NCBI GenBank assembly: GCA_963777505.1
Contig: CAVZQN010000004.1
Span: forward strand, 864,001 to 928,000
Length of the DNA stretch: 64,000 nt
Direction of reading: 5' to 3'
Origin: an uncultured bacterium
Lineage (GTDB): Bacteria; Acidobacteriota; HRBIN11; JAKEFK01
Part shown: positions 51,880-62,469 of the stretch, in pieces
Layout: each line of letters begins with the position of its first letter
How positions within the stretch are numbered: the stretch's first letter is position 1
Made by a program: the position numbers and the translations under genes
The notes under the pieces: model-generated
Told to the model about the DNA's origin: nothing
What the model saw: the letters and a program-made list of their open reading frames with translations, nothing else
Database searches by the model: none

Positions 51880-53563
51880 TCAATTTCCTAAGGCGAAGCC
51901 GCCGCGGCGAGGATCAGCAGCGCCTAATTTCATCCCTGTTGCAGGATCAACCATAATGACGTGCACATCACTTCCAGTGCTATCCGGCTCCTTTGCGAAA
52001 TGATGACCACGCAACTCAAGCGATTTTCTAACGTCTTCAATCAATCCGAAAGACTCGAAGACTATTTCATCGGGCAGCCATTGATGATGGAATCGCGGAG
52101 CATCCACAGCTTGCTGTAACTCCATTCCAAAATCAATAACATTAATAATGCATTGAGCAACGGCTGTCGGAATTCTTGAGCCACCCGGACTCCCAAGCGC
52201 CATAAAAGGTTTATCGTTTTGTAAAACGATTGTAGGTGTCATGGATGATGCTGGACGCTTTCCTGGTTGAATTGCATTGCTTTCGCCTTGCACAAGTTGA
52301 TACAGATTGGGCTTTCCGGGTTCTGTCGTGAAGTCGTCCATTTCATTGTTGAGCAAGAAGCCTGCGCCAGGAACAGTGACTCCAGAACCGAATGATTCGT
52401 TGAGTGTTGTTGTAACCGCAACGATATTTCCCAATCGATCGATGATTGATATATGAGTCGTATTTCCCGAAAGTTTTGAAATGACTGCAGGATCCAAAAT
52501 TTCTTTCGATGGTGTTGCGCGATCTCTGCGAATTGAGTTGCTAAGCTCTTTGATGTGCTCAGGGGAGAGTAGAAGATCTAGAGGGACATTTGTGAATTCA
52601 GGATCGCCTGAATATCGAGCGCGATCGGCAAAAGCGCGCTTCATCGCTTCAACAAGCAAATGAATTTCATCCGAAGAATGGAATGCCGGCCGTTTTCAAA
52701 TCATGGTTTTCAAGCATTTTCAGGATTTGTATGAGGGCGATTCCTCCGGAAGAAGGAGGAGGTGCGGTTAGCAAGGTATAACCTTTGTAATCTGCCGATA
52801 GCGGCTTTCGAATTACAGGTTTGTAATCGCGCAAATCTTCAGCAGTAATCAAGCCGCCATTTTTCTTCATTTCCTGAACAATCAAATTTGCGGTTTCACC
52901 TTCATAAAATTCGCGAGATCCTTTTTCCTGAAGCCGTTTCAATGTTGCTGCCAGATCAGGCTGTACCAGAACATCGTCTTCATTTAAGAATTTTCCATTG
53001 CGTAAAAAGATTTTGGACGTCTCAGAAAATGAAGTGAGCTGCTTTTCGTTCTTTTTCATTCGTTGTGCCGTTTTGAGGCTGACTCGAAAACCATTCGATG
53101 CAAACTTGCGCGCTGGTTCGATAAGTTCATTCCATTTCAAAGAACCATGACGTTCAAGAGCCATTGCCATTCCTGCAACCGCTCCAGGAACCGCAACTGC
53201 GAGGTGTCCAACCGTGGAAGCATTCGATTTCCCTTTTTGATACATATCGCGCGTTGCAGCCTTCGGGGCTATTTCCCGCGCATCGATAAATTCTGTTTTG
53301 CCATCAGAATTTCTGATTAAAAAGAATGTCCCACCTCCCAGATTTCCTGCTTCGGGCCAGACCACTGCCAACGTAAAAAGGGCGGCAACTGCGGCATCCA
53401 TAGCATTTCCCCGCTGCAAAACATCAACAGCTGTGCGCGTCACGATTTCATTAACGCTAGCAACCATTGAATTTCGAGCCCGCACGGCATCGCGCGAGGC
53501 AGCACCTGATCCGAAACTAAAAACGACAACTAACAGAAGTGCAAATAATGATTTCAACTTCAT
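51880..53563 (-). CDS. ggt: gamma-glutamyltransferase (frameshift near 52675)
   Basis: GNAMDAAVA, GNLGGG, PPPSSGG, TTHISIID, NNEMDDF, SSMTP, GSPGG, ADPRR. Confidence 0.9.
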
Positions 53564-53686
53564 ACTGAATTTGATCTTAGCATGACCTGAGGCTGTAGCC
53601 GTTGCTACTTTTCGTTGTATATTTGCGTAGAGGCGGTCTGAGATCCGCCTGTAAGAAAACATGCTTTTAACGAGAAGAGGTGAAGA

Positions 53687-54082
53687 ATGGTAAGCCCGAT
53701 CGCAAGATGTTCTTCCTATTTTTATGCTCTCCTGCGGATCATTGCAGGGTTGATGTTCATGATGCATGGCACACAAAAATTGTTTGGTTGGCCTCCCTCT
53801 GACAGGCCGCCAGTTGATATTGCATCAGTGGCAGGAATTGGAGGAATTCTTGAACTGGTTCTTGGTTTTTTAATTGCAATTGGTTTACTCACATGGATTG
53901 CGGCATTTTTAGCCAGCGGTGAAATGGCTGTAGCGTATTTTATGTTTCATTTCCCTGGAGGATTTTGGCCGATCGTAAATCATGGTGAACTTGCAGCACT
54001 ATACTGTTTTGTGTTTTTGTACATTTCTGCAACTGGCTCAGGTATTTGGAGTGTTGATGCTGCGCGGCGAAGTAGTCCGTAA
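53687..54082 (+). CDS. DoxX family membrane protein
   Basis: LRIIAG, HGTQKLFG, SGEMAVAYF, NHGELA, GIWSVD. Confidence 0.88.
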   Translation: MVSPIARCSSYFYALLRIIAGLMFMMHGTQKLFGWPPSDRPPVDIASVAGIGGILELVLGFLIAIGLLTWIAAFLASGEMAVAYFMFHFPGGFWPIVNHGELAALYCFVFLYISATGSGIWSVDAARRSSP

Positions 54083-54092
54083 TTCAGAACTA

Positions 54093-54117
54093 GTAAGGGC
54101 GGGTCTTAGACCCGCCC
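54093..54117. repeat. REP palindrome between convergent genes
   Basis: GTAAGGGCGGGTCTTAGACCCGCCC. Confidence 0.7.
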
Positions 54118-54121
54118 GTTC

Positions 54122-55024
54122 TTAGATTTTCAACAGTCTGCCCAGTGAGAAGAAGCTCCCAAAAAATCCTACGACCATTCCGCCCAAGATAACGGAAAGA
54201 ATTATCCATGTGGGCAGGAAGTAAATTTGAGTGCCTCCAAAAAAAGGCGCGTTGAGAGCATTCACTTTTGCAACAATAAACGAATACATCGCAAATAAGA
54301 GACCTGTCGCAAGCAGCCCACCTATCATGCCATGCAAAATTCCTTCGGTAAGAAATGGACCCTTGATGAAGCTATTGGTTGCGCCAACCAGCCGCATGAT
54401 TTCGATTTCATCTCTTCTGGAAAGTACGATTAGTTTGATTACGTTTGAGATTGAAAATGTGGCCGTAAACATTAAGATCCCGCCAAAGACAAGCCCTATA
54501 ATTTCGACAAATCGGATCATAAATTGAACGCGGTCAATCCATTCTTGATCATATTCAACATCTTGAACTGAATCGTGCGAGCGAAGCAGCTTCACGAATT
54601 CACTGACAGTCTTTTGATTTTGAAACTCTTTTCGCACTGTGATTTCGAATGATGCAGGAAAAGGGTTGTTCTGAAGATCATCAGCAAGGTCCTTCATTGA
54701 AGGATAAAAATCACGAAATCGATTTAAGGCCTCATCTCTGCTAACAAATTCGAACCGGGAAACCAGTTGCGAAGATTTAATGAAGGCTTCAAGTTGTGTT
54801 GTTTGGTTTGGATTTGGGTTTTCGTTTAAGAAAACGCTGATCTTGACGTTTTCGGTCCAGTGACCAATCAAACGCCCAAGATTTTGAGCTGTCAACAAAA
54901 ACAGGCCGAGTGTGAATAGTGAAAAAGAAATAATTGCAATTGAAACAAAATTATTAAATCGATTTGACCACAGATTTCCTGCTGCCTCTCTGAAAAAATA
55001 GCGGAAAACGTAAAGCAGGCGCAT
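54122..55024 (-). CDS. ftsX: cell division permease FtsX
   Basis: NPFPAS, RRDEIEIMRLVGAT, PFLTEG; follows ftsE. Confidence 0.9.
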   Translation of the reverse strand: MRLLYVFRYFFREAAGNLWSNRFNNFVSIAIISFSLFTLGLFLLTAQNLGRLIGHWTENVKISVFLNENPNPNQTTQLEAFIKSSQLVSRFEFVSRDEALNRFRDFYPSMKDLADDLQNNPFPASFEITVRKEFQNQKTVSEFVKLLRSHDSVQDVEYDQEWIDRVQFMIRFVEIIGLVFGGILMFTATFSISNVIKLIVLSRRDEIEIMRLVGATNSFIKGPFLTEGILHGMIGGLLATGLLFAMYSFIVAKVNALNAPFFGGTQIYFLPTWIILSVILGGMVVGFFGSFFSLGRLLKI

Positions 55025-55026
55025 GT

Positions 55027-55692
55027 TTATAAAGAAATATCGTCCGAAAGACGTCCATGATCCAGCGTAACAACTCTACCTCGGATCTTTTGAATCATGT
55101 CTTTATCGTGCGTTGCAATCAGAACCGTGGTGCCACGCGCATTAATACGCTTAAAAATCTGCATAATTTCAAAAGCGAGTTCCGGATCCAGATTTCCTGT
55201 AGGCTCATCTGCAAGTAGCAACACGGGTTCTTGAATCAAAGCACGCGCTATAGCAACACGTTGCTGCTCTCCGCCGGAAAGCTGCAGGGGAAATGAATGC
55301 ATCTTGTGTTGAAGTCCTACTGTTTTTAGAATCTCAAGCGCCCGTTTCTTTTGTATGCGAGGCGATGCGCCAATAACATGCAGAACGAAAGTTACATTTT
55401 CATAAACCGTTTTTCTTTTAAGAAGTTTGAAGTCCTGGAAAATGAAACCGATATTGCGGCGCAGAATTGGAATTTGATGGTCAGGAATGATTGCAATGTT
55501 TCTTCCATTGACAATGATTTGTCCGCTTGTCGCAATTTCTTCACGGATCAATAGCCGGAGTAATGTTGATTTGCCAGCACCGCTTGCGCCCGTTAGAAAT
55601 GCAAATTGTCCTTTAGGAATGTTCAGCGTGACATCATTGAGTGCTACATACTGGTGATCGTAGCGTTTAGTCGCATGAAACATTTTGATCAT
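55027..55692 (-). CDS. ftsE: cell division ATP-binding protein FtsE
   Basis: GASGAGKS, FQDFKLL, LSGGEQQR, ADEPTGNLD, ATHD. Confidence 0.92.
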   Translation of the reverse strand: MIKMFHATKRYDHQYVALNDVTLNIPKGQFAFLTGASGAGKSTLLRLLIREEIATSGQIIVNGRNIAIIPDHQIPILRRNIGFIFQDFKLLKRKTVYENVTFVLHVIGASPRIQKKRALEILKTVGLQHKMHSFPLQLSGGEQQRVAIARALIQEPVLLLADEPTGNLDPELAFEIMQIFKRINARGTTVLIATHDKDMIQKIRGRVVTLDHGRLSDDISL

Positions 55693-55709
55693 ATCTTTGC
55701 GTCTTTCTG

Positions 55710-55759
55710 GTAGGGGTGGGCCTTGTGCCCACCCGGGCGACCACAAGGGTCGCCCCTAC
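55710..55759. repeat. GTAG-type REPIN
   Basis: GTAGGGGTGGGCCTTGTGCCCACCC-GGGCGACCACAAGGGTCGCCCCTAC. Confidence 0.8.
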
Positions 55760-55767
55760 TTAAAAAC

Positions 55768-57204
55768 TTAACTGATTTTTTCGCGGATCAAGCGATTCAC
55801 AAGTTCGGGGTTGGCTTTTCCTTTTGTTATCTTCATGACCAATCCAACCAGCACGCCTTGTAATTTTACCTCTCCCTTTCTGAGCCTCTCAACGACTTCA
55901 GGATTGTCTCGAATGACTTCATCTACAAAACGTCCCACTTCTTCCTCCCCTGAGATCTGGGTCATTCCGCTTTCATCCACTATGATGGACGGCTTTTTCC
56001 CGGTAGTCCACATTTTTTCAAAAATTTCTTTTCCCTGATTCGTGCTGATTGTCCCCTTTTGTATAACATTTACAAGGTCCGCAATATGTTCAGGGCTAAT
56101 CGGGGATTCATTAATGTGTCTGCCCGTTTCATTTAACTTCTGTAAAAGGTTATTCAGGATCCAGTTTGCAGTTTGTTTCGAATTGCTGCTTTTTTGGGCA
56201 GCCTCTTCGTAGAAGTTTGCAAGGTCACGTTCAGAGGTTAAAGTTTCCGCATCGTTAAAAGCTAATTGATATTGATTCACAAACCGAAGCCGCTTTTCGG
56301 CAGGCAATTCAGGAATCGTACTTTGAACAGAGTCATAAAATTCTTTTGAGATTTTCAACGGAAGAAGATCGGGATCAGGGAAATATCTATAGTCGTGCGC
56401 TTCTTCTTTTGATCTCATCGGCTCTGTTATTCCTTTTGTAACGTTGAATAATCTTGTTTCCTGCCTGAGAGCCTCACCAGTATCAAGTGCTTTCGTCTGT
56501 CTTTGAATTTCATACTCAAGCGCTTTTTGAACATTACGAAAAGAGTTTAGATTCTTAACTTCCACTTTAGTTCCAAGCGTGTCCGACCCTTCCGGCCGTA
56601 GCGAAATATTTGCATCGCAGCGAAGATTTCCTTCCTCCATATTTGCCAGTGAAACATCTGCGTAACGTAATATTGCTTTCAATTCGACGAGATAGTTATA
56701 TGCATCGTGTGGATTGTGAATATCAGGCTCTGTCACAATTTCGATCAACGGAACCCCGCTTCGATTGAAATCAACATAGCTACCATCGCTTTGACTCTCA
56801 ACGCCTTCATGCACAAGCTTTCCGGCATCCTCTTCCAAATGCAGACGTTTAATACGGACTATTTTTTGTTGCTCTTTGGACGGAATTGCAAGTTTTCCAT
56901 TTACAGCAAGAGGTTTATCAAATTGTGATATTTGATACCCTTTCGGCAAATCAGGATAGAAGTAATTTTTTCTCGCAAAAATCGAGAAATCAGGAACGGT
57001 GAAAGTTAATGCAATTGCTGCACGTACTCCGAGTTCTACAACCTTTTCATTTAGAACCGGTAATGATCCTGGCAACCCAAGACATACCGGACAGGTATTC
57101 TCATTCGGAGCGGCTCCGAAGCGAGTGCTGCAGCCACAAAAGATCTTCGTTTCTGTGAGAAGTTGAGCATGAACTTCGAGGCCAATAACGGGTTCGTATT
57201 TCAT
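55768..57204 (-). CDS. gatB: Asp/Glu-tRNA amidotransferase subunit B
   Basis: IGLEVHAQL, RKNYFYPDLPKGYQISQ, EEDAGK, DYRYFPDPDL. Confidence 0.97.
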   Translation of the reverse strand: MKYEPVIGLEVHAQLLTETKIFCGCSTRFGAAPNENTCPVCLGLPGSLPVLNEKVVELGVRAAIALTFTVPDFSIFARKNYFYPDLPKGYQISQFDKPLAVNGKLAIPSKEQQKIVRIKRLHLEEDAGKLVHEGVESQSDGSYVDFNRSGVPLIEIVTEPDIHNPHDAYNYLVELKAILRYADVSLANMEEGNLRCDANISLRPEGSDTLGTKVEVKNLNSFRNVQKALEYEIQRQTKALDTGEALRQETRLFNVTKGITEPMRSKEEAHDYRYFPDPDLLPLKISKEFYDSVQSTIPELPAEKRLRFVNQYQLAFNDAETLTSERDLANFYEEAAQKSSNSKQTANWILNNLLQKLNETGRHINESPISPEHIADLVNVIQKGTISTNQGKEIFEKMWTTGKKPSIIVDESGMTQISGEEEVGRFVDEVIRDNPEVVERLRKGEVKLQGVLVGLVMKITKGKANPELVNRLIREKIS

Positions 57205-57242
57205 GTTTCACAAAAGAACAAAAGTATAGCATGACGTTCATT

Positions 57243-57412
57243 GTAGCTTCGCGCATACGAAAGGGAGCAGGGGAGCAGGGGTGAAAGGGAGATTTGAATA
57301 AGCAGAGTTGTGTGTAGTTACGCAAGAAGTATTGCGGAGCTACAAACAACTTATCCTTACGATCTCCCCTGCACCCTTTCACCCCGGCTCCCCTGCATTT
57401 GCGCGGAGCTAC
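57243..57412. repeat. 170-bp GTAGCT-ended nested inverted-repeat element (copy 2, inverted relative to copy 1)
   Basis: GTAGCTTCGCGCAT...GCGCGGAGCTAC; same length and architecture as 41727-41896. Confidence 0.75.
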
Positions 57413-57438
57413 AATAAAGTCGTATATGATGAACCGCA

Positions 57439-57921
57439 ATGGGTACTGGAATCTTTCTCGGTTTAGGCTCAAATATTGGAAATCGGCTCGCGACATTAGA
57501 GAACGCAATCGAAATGCTGGAGCTTGAAATTGTTTCAACTTCTTCACTTTATGAAACTGAACCTGTCGCTTTTTCGAATCAACCGTGGTTCATAAACCAG
57601 GTTATTGAAGTAAAGACCGATCTGGATCCGCTGGAGCTTTTATCGTTATGCCAGAATGTGGAAAACAAACTTGGACGAACGCGCACAATTAGCAAAGGTC
57701 CACGAACAATCGACATCGATTTGCTTTTTTACAATGATGCAATCATCGAAAGTCATTTGTTAACTTTGCCTCATCCAGGCATTCCAAATCGACGATTTGT
57801 TCTAATACCACTCGATGAAATCGCTTCAAATTTCGTCCATCCTGTATTGAAGCGCTCGGTCAGTGAGCTGTTGAAAAGCACCATGGATCGTTCGGAAGTA
57901 AGACGAATTGATCCCACCTGA
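57439..57921 (+). CDS. folK: 6-hydroxymethyl-7,8-dihydropterin pyrophosphokinase
   Basis: LGLGSNIG, YETEP, GPRTIDIDLL, LPHP, RRFVL. Confidence 0.95.
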   Translation: MGTGIFLGLGSNIGNRLATLENAIEMLELEIVSTSSLYETEPVAFSNQPWFINQVIEVKTDLDPLELLSLCQNVENKLGRTRTISKGPRTIDIDLLFYNDAIIESHLLTLPHPGIPNRRFVLIPLDEIASNFVHPVLKRSVSELLKSTMDRSEVRRIDPT

Positions 57922-57951
57922 TGGAATCTTTATACTATTTCGGGTTCAGAA

Positions 57952-58025
57952 GTAGGGGCGGGTCTAAGACCCGCCCGCCCGGCACATTGTATTAAAAAAC
58001 GGGCGGGTCTTAGACCCGCCCCTAC
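57952..58025. repeat. GTAG-type REPIN
   Basis: GTAGGGGCGGGTCTAAGACCCGCCC ... GGGCGGGTCTTAGACCCGCCCCTAC (perfect 25-bp inverted pair). Confidence 0.85.
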
Positions 58026-58034
58026 AGAACAAAT

Positions 58035-58817
58035 ATGTTTGATTTGAAATTGAAGGTTTTTGAGAACGTTTGTCTGACCGGCAAATATTACAGGATGCGG
58101 ATTCGCGCACCTGAGATTGCATTGGAAACAAGGACCGGCCAGTTTTGTATGCTTCGCGCGGAAAATTCCGGCGAAAGCTTACTTCGGAGACCCTTTTCCG
58201 TTGCCGCAATTCGCGAAGGCGATATTCTTGAATTTGCATATACTTCAATCGGACGCGGCACGCGATTGCTCGCAGCACTCAAACCAGGGGATCCTGTTTG
58301 GTGTCTGGGGCCGCTTGGAAATACTTTTCCGATCATTGAAGGATGCCATGCAATCGTAGTAGCGGGTGGTATCGGCGTCGCACCATTTCCACTTTTAAAC
58401 AGCGTACTGAATCAACATCGAATATTTCCAGTGACTCTGTACGGAGCACGCAATGCCTCCGAGCTGATTTATGTGGAAGAGTTAAATCAGCTCAGTGAGC
58501 GTCTTGAAATCGCAACGGATGATGGAAGCGCTGGTTTTCATGGTTTTGTTACTCAGCTCTTGGAAAAGGAGCTTGAAAAAAAATCTCGGACTTCTGTAAT
58601 TTACGTTTGCGGACCTCATCCTATGATGAAACGTGTGAAACAAATCGCGGAACAATTTGATGTGCCCGCATATTTGTCTATGGAAGAAATTATGGGATGC
58701 GGTGTTGGAATCTGTATCGGGTGTCCAATCCCTGGAGTTACATTGAATGGTGATGACATCCAATATTTGTGCTGCAAAGATGGGCCAATTTTCCCATCAA
58801 GTCTTGTGAAATTATGA
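58035..58817 (+). CDS. pyrK: dihydroorotate dehydrogenase electron transfer subunit
   Basis: RRPFS, GPLG, AGGIG, CGP, MGCGVGICIGC, CKDGP. Confidence 0.92.
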   Translation: MFDLKLKVFENVCLTGKYYRMRIRAPEIALETRTGQFCMLRAENSGESLLRRPFSVAAIREGDILEFAYTSIGRGTRLLAALKPGDPVWCLGPLGNTFPIIEGCHAIVVAGGIGVAPFPLLNSVLNQHRIFPVTLYGARNASELIYVEELNQLSERLEIATDDGSAGFHGFVTQLLEKELEKKSRTSVIYVCGPHPMMKRVKQIAEQFDVPAYLSMEEIMGCGVGICIGCPIPGVTLNGDDIQYLCCKDGPIFPSSLVKL

Positions 58818-59728
58818 AGCCTGATTTATCCGTTCAACTTGGCGAACTTAAATTAAAAAATCCGATTATGACTGCAAGCGGTTGTTTCGGATATGGTCTT
58901 GAGCTTACGGAATTAATCGACATTAACTTGTTAGGTGGAATTGTTTCGAAGAGTCTAACCCCGACTCCCAGAATGGGATCAATGCCGCATCGGTTGATTG
59001 AAACACCTTCCGGATTAATCAATGCGATAGGACTTCATAATATTGGGGTTGACACATTTCTAAATGAGAAGTTTCCAAAGCTTCAGAAATACGATACAGC
59101 TTTGTTCGTAAACGTAATGGGCAACACGATTGAAGAATATGGAGAGGTTGCCGCACGGTTTAAAGGTCTTGAAAAAATTGCAGGAATTGAAGTCAATATT
59201 TCTTCACCGAACGTCAAACAGGGTGGTATGCATTTTGGAGTCGATCCTGAAATGACTTATCAGGTTGTTCGGGCTGTTAAGGACGCAACTGATCGTCCGG
59301 TGATTGCAAAGTTAAGCCCAAATGTAACCGACATCGTATCGATAGCGAAACGTGCCGTCGACGCCGGGGCTGATATGATTTCGCTTATTAATACTTTAAT
59401 GGCCTTTGCAATTGATATTCAAACTGCGCGGCCGCATCTAGGAAATGTTACAGGCGGACTATCAGGTCCTGCAATAAAGCCTGTAGCATTACGCATGGTT
59501 TGGCAGGTTGCACAAAAAGTTCCAGTGCCTGTAATTGGCATGGGAGGAATTGCAACTTTAGAAGATGTGATTGAATTTTTAATGGCAGGCGCTTCGGCGG
59601 TACAAATCGGTACTGCAAATTTTTATGAGCCAGGAATTACAATTCGCTTGATCCGTGAACTTTCCGAATTCTGTACAGCACGCGGTCTTGATAGCATACG
59701 CAGTGTAATCGGATCTGTTAAAGTGTAA
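58814..59728 (+). CDS. pyrD: dihydroorotate dehydrogenase class 1B, catalytic subunit
   Basis: ASGCFGYG, NAIGL, NISSPN, KLSPN, INT, GGLSGPAIKP. Confidence 0.93.
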   Translation: MKPDLSVQLGELKLKNPIMTASGCFGYGLELTELIDINLLGGIVSKSLTPTPRMGSMPHRLIETPSGLINAIGLHNIGVDTFLNEKFPKLQKYDTALFVNVMGNTIEEYGEVAARFKGLEKIAGIEVNISSPNVKQGGMHFGVDPEMTYQVVRAVKDATDRPVIAKLSPNVTDIVSIAKRAVDAGADMISLINTLMAFAIDIQTARPHLGNVTGGLSGPAIKPVALRMVWQVAQKVPVPVIGMGGIATLEDVIEFLMAGASAVQIGTANFYEPGITIRLIRELSEFCTARGLDSIRSVIGSVKV

Positions 59729-59750
59729 GGTCTGGATCTGAGGTGTAAAA

Positions 59751-60158
59751 ATGCGTTGGATTTTGAGTGTTTTAGTTATCTTAGCGGTCGCTAATAGTGC
59801 ATGCAGTCCCAGTCAGCCTCCAGCTACTCCGGAAATTGAGCATAAGGATGAAGAGGGTCAAGTATTTATTGGGCTTGCATCCTATTACGGATCAGAATTT
59901 GAAGGTAAGACAACTGCTTCGGGTGAACAATATGATCCTACGAAAATGACTGCAGCCCATCGGACGTTACCTTTTGGCACTCGTGTTAGCATCACAAATC
60001 TTGACAACAATCGCACTGTGATCGCCACAATTACCGACCGGGGTCCGCAGCAACCTGATCGAATCATCGATGTTTCATTGAATGTTGCAACAGAACTAAT
60101 GATGCTTCCTTCCGGTGTGGTTAAAGTTAGAGTCGAAGTGCTGAAAGATGAACAATAA
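59751..60158 (+). CDS. rlpA: RlpA-like lytic transglycosylase lipoprotein (DPBB)
   Basis: Lipobox; GLASYYG, TASGE, TAAHRTLPFGT, DRGP, RIIDVS. Confidence 0.88.
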   Translation: MRWILSVLVILAVANSACSPSQPPATPEIEHKDEEGQVFIGLASYYGSEFEGKTTASGEQYDPTKMTAAHRTLPFGTRVSITNLDNNRTVIATITDRGPQQPDRIIDVSLNVATELMMLPSGVVKVRVEVLKDEQ

Positions 60159-60825
60159 AGTTATTGTTGCTCTTGATACAAATACGGCTGCAGAAGCATT
60201 ACAAATGGCGAAACTTATTTCGCCTGTTTTCCCATTTTTCAAAATCGGAAGTCGATTGTTTACACAGGCAGGCCCGGGGCTTGTTCGTGATGTTCGCGAG
60301 TTTGGCCGTGTATTTTTAGATTTAAAGTTTCATGACATTCCGACAGTGGTTGCCGAAGCAGCAGCAAATGCAACGGAACTTGGAGTTTCTTTGCTAACGC
60401 TTCATACCTCAGGCGGTTCCGAAATGATGTCGCTTACAAAACAGCGGCTCCAGCATTTCGATCAGAAGCCGGCAATTTTGGGTGTTACGGTTCTAACCAG
60501 CACCTCTGACCTAACTGAGTTTGGTATTTCACGGACTGTTCCAGAACAAGTAGCATTTCTTGCAAGTCTGGCGCAGCAATCAGGAATGGATGGAATTGTC
60601 TGTTCACCCGCTGAACTTCCTGCTTTGCGTCAGAAATTCCCTTCACCATTTTTAATGGTGACACCTGGAATCCGATCGCCCGAAGATTCAAAAGGTGATC
60701 AAAAACGGACTGCCTCACCGAAGGCCGCACTGGAGGCTGGTTCGGATTATCTTGTAATCGGACGTCCAATCATCGAAGCATCAGATCCGCTTTCCGCCGC
60801 AAAACGGATTGCTGAATCGCTTTGA
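60148..60825 (+). CDS. pyrF: orotidine-5'-phosphate decarboxylase
   Basis: VALD, FLDLKFHDIPTV, VTPGIR, GDQKR, IGRPI. Confidence 0.96.
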   Translation: MNNKVIVALDTNTAAEALQMAKLISPVFPFFKIGSRLFTQAGPGLVRDVREFGRVFLDLKFHDIPTVVAEAAANATELGVSLLTLHTSGGSEMMSLTKQRLQHFDQKPAILGVTVLTSTSDLTEFGISRTVPEQVAFLASLAQQSGMDGIVCSPAELPALRQKFPSPFLMVTPGIRSPEDSKGDQKRTASPKAALEAGSDYLVIGRPIIEASDPLSAAKRIAESL

Positions 60826-60855
60826 TTCAACCTTCTTCCCGCTAATAATGAAACG

Positions 60856-61581
60856 ATGCGCTGCAAACTTTTTATACCGATCTTTGTAGTTGCGACCATT
60901 ATTATGGGGTTGTTTTCAAGTATTGTGTCGATCTTCGATCGATCGGGACGCATTTCACATCACTTTGCAAGATATTGGTCTCGATTCGTTTTTGCAGGTG
61001 TCGGGATCCGGACGAAAGTACGTGGGATCAAAAATATTCCTAAAGATCGAGCTGTAATTTTCGCTGCAAACCATCAGAGTACGATGGATATTCCTGCGAT
61101 GTTTGGTTATTTGCCAGTCCAATTCCGAATTATGGCTAAACAGATTTTGTTCATGATCCCATTTTTTGGCTGGCATCTTTTTATGTCCGGACATATTCCA
61201 ATCAATCGCAAAGATGCAAGACAAGCATTCGGCAGCGTCTTTAAAGCTTCCAATCTTTTGAAACGCGGCATCTCGCTGCTGGTTTTTTTGGAAGGAACAC
61301 GTTCGAGAGATGGTAAATTGCACAGATTCAAAAGAGGTGGCTTTACTTTAGCTCGAAAACTGAACGTTCCGATCGTTCCCGTTGCAATTAAAGGATCAGG
61401 TAAGCTAATGCCTGCCGATGCGTGGACTGCAAAGGGCGGCACAATTGAAATTGAAATTATGCCTGCAATAGAGATTTCGCCTGAAAGTGATATCAATAAA
61501 ATTGCTCATGATGTGCGAAAGCAAATGATTGATGCAGGTCTGGAAGATGCTGAATCGAAGTCTACTAAGGGTTTAGATTGA
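60856..61581 (+). CDS. plsC: 1-acyl-sn-glycerol-3-phosphate acyltransferase
   Basis: NHQSTMD, FLEGTRS, FKRG, PIVPV. Confidence 0.88.
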   Translation: MRCKLFIPIFVVATIIMGLFSSIVSIFDRSGRISHHFARYWSRFVFAGVGIRTKVRGIKNIPKDRAVIFAANHQSTMDIPAMFGYLPVQFRIMAKQILFMIPFFGWHLFMSGHIPINRKDARQAFGSVFKASNLLKRGISLLVFLEGTRSRDGKLHRFKRGGFTLARKLNVPIVPVAIKGSGKLMPADAWTAKGGTIEIEIMPAIEISPESDINKIAHDVRKQMIDAGLEDAESKSTKGLD

Positions 61582-62468
61582 TGAATATAGAATTTGGACA
61601 GTTTTTGAACGAGAAGCAAAAGCTGATTGAGGCGCGACTTCTTGAACTTGTACCTTCCATGGAATCTGAGCCAAAGAAGCTTCATGAAAGTGTTCATTAT
61701 TCACTTTTTGCTGATGCTAAAAGGATCCGGCCGATATTCTCTCTTGCAGTCGCAACAATCTTTCGTGTGCCTGAAGATGAATTGCTGGATGGTGGCTGCG
61801 CGCTTGAAATGGTTCATACTTCTTCATTAATCCTTGATGATTTGCCCTGCATGGATGGAGCCACTCTTCGTAGAGGGAAACCTGCAAACCATCTCGTTTA
61901 CGGCGAGGATACTGCAATTCTCGCTGCTATGTTTTTGCTGAATCGATCCTATGGGATTCTTTCTAGCTATAGAAAAACATTTTTCAGCCCAACTTTATCT
62001 TCAACGCTGGCTTCAATCCTTTCGCGTTCTATTGGCTCGGAAGGAATTATCGGTGGTCAGGTTGTGGATCTTGCATCGAAAGGAAAAAATATTGATCTTG
62101 AAACTCTGGAGATGATTCATAGCCGTAAGACTGGAGCACTCTTTTATGCAGCGGCCGATATGGCAGCCTCATTTGGAAGAGCCCGGGATATTGATCGCAT
62201 CGCCGTGCTTACATTTGCGAAGAATTTAGGGTTGGCGTTTCAGATCAGTGATGACATTCTTGATGCTACTGCTGATTCCACTGTAATCGGAAAAGATACT
62301 CAAAAAGATACAGACAAAACAACGTTTATTACATTTTGCGGATTAGATGGTGCGCGATCCCTTGCAAAAGAATTAATTGAAACTGCAGTTGAAGCTTTAA
62401 AGCCATTGAAGTCACGCGGTGACCTATTGCGCAGTTTCGCAGACTTTGTCCTGAGACGAACGAAATAA
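61578..62468 (+). CDS. ispA: polyprenyl (farnesyl/geranylgeranyl) diphosphate synthase
   Basis: KRIRP, DDLPCMD..LRRG, GQ, KTGAL, FQISDDILD, GKD. Confidence 0.88.
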   Translation: MMNIEFGQFLNEKQKLIEARLLELVPSMESEPKKLHESVHYSLFADAKRIRPIFSLAVATIFRVPEDELLDGGCALEMVHTSSLILDDLPCMDGATLRRGKPANHLVYGEDTAILAAMFLLNRSYGILSSYRKTFFSPTLSSTLASILSRSIGSEGIIGGQVVDLASKGKNIDLETLEMIHSRKTGALFYAAADMAASFGRARDIDRIAVLTFAKNLGLAFQISDDILDATADSTVIGKDTQKDTDKTTFITFCGLDGARSLAKELIETAVEALKPLKSRGDLLRSFADFVLRRTK

Positions 62469-62469
62469 C

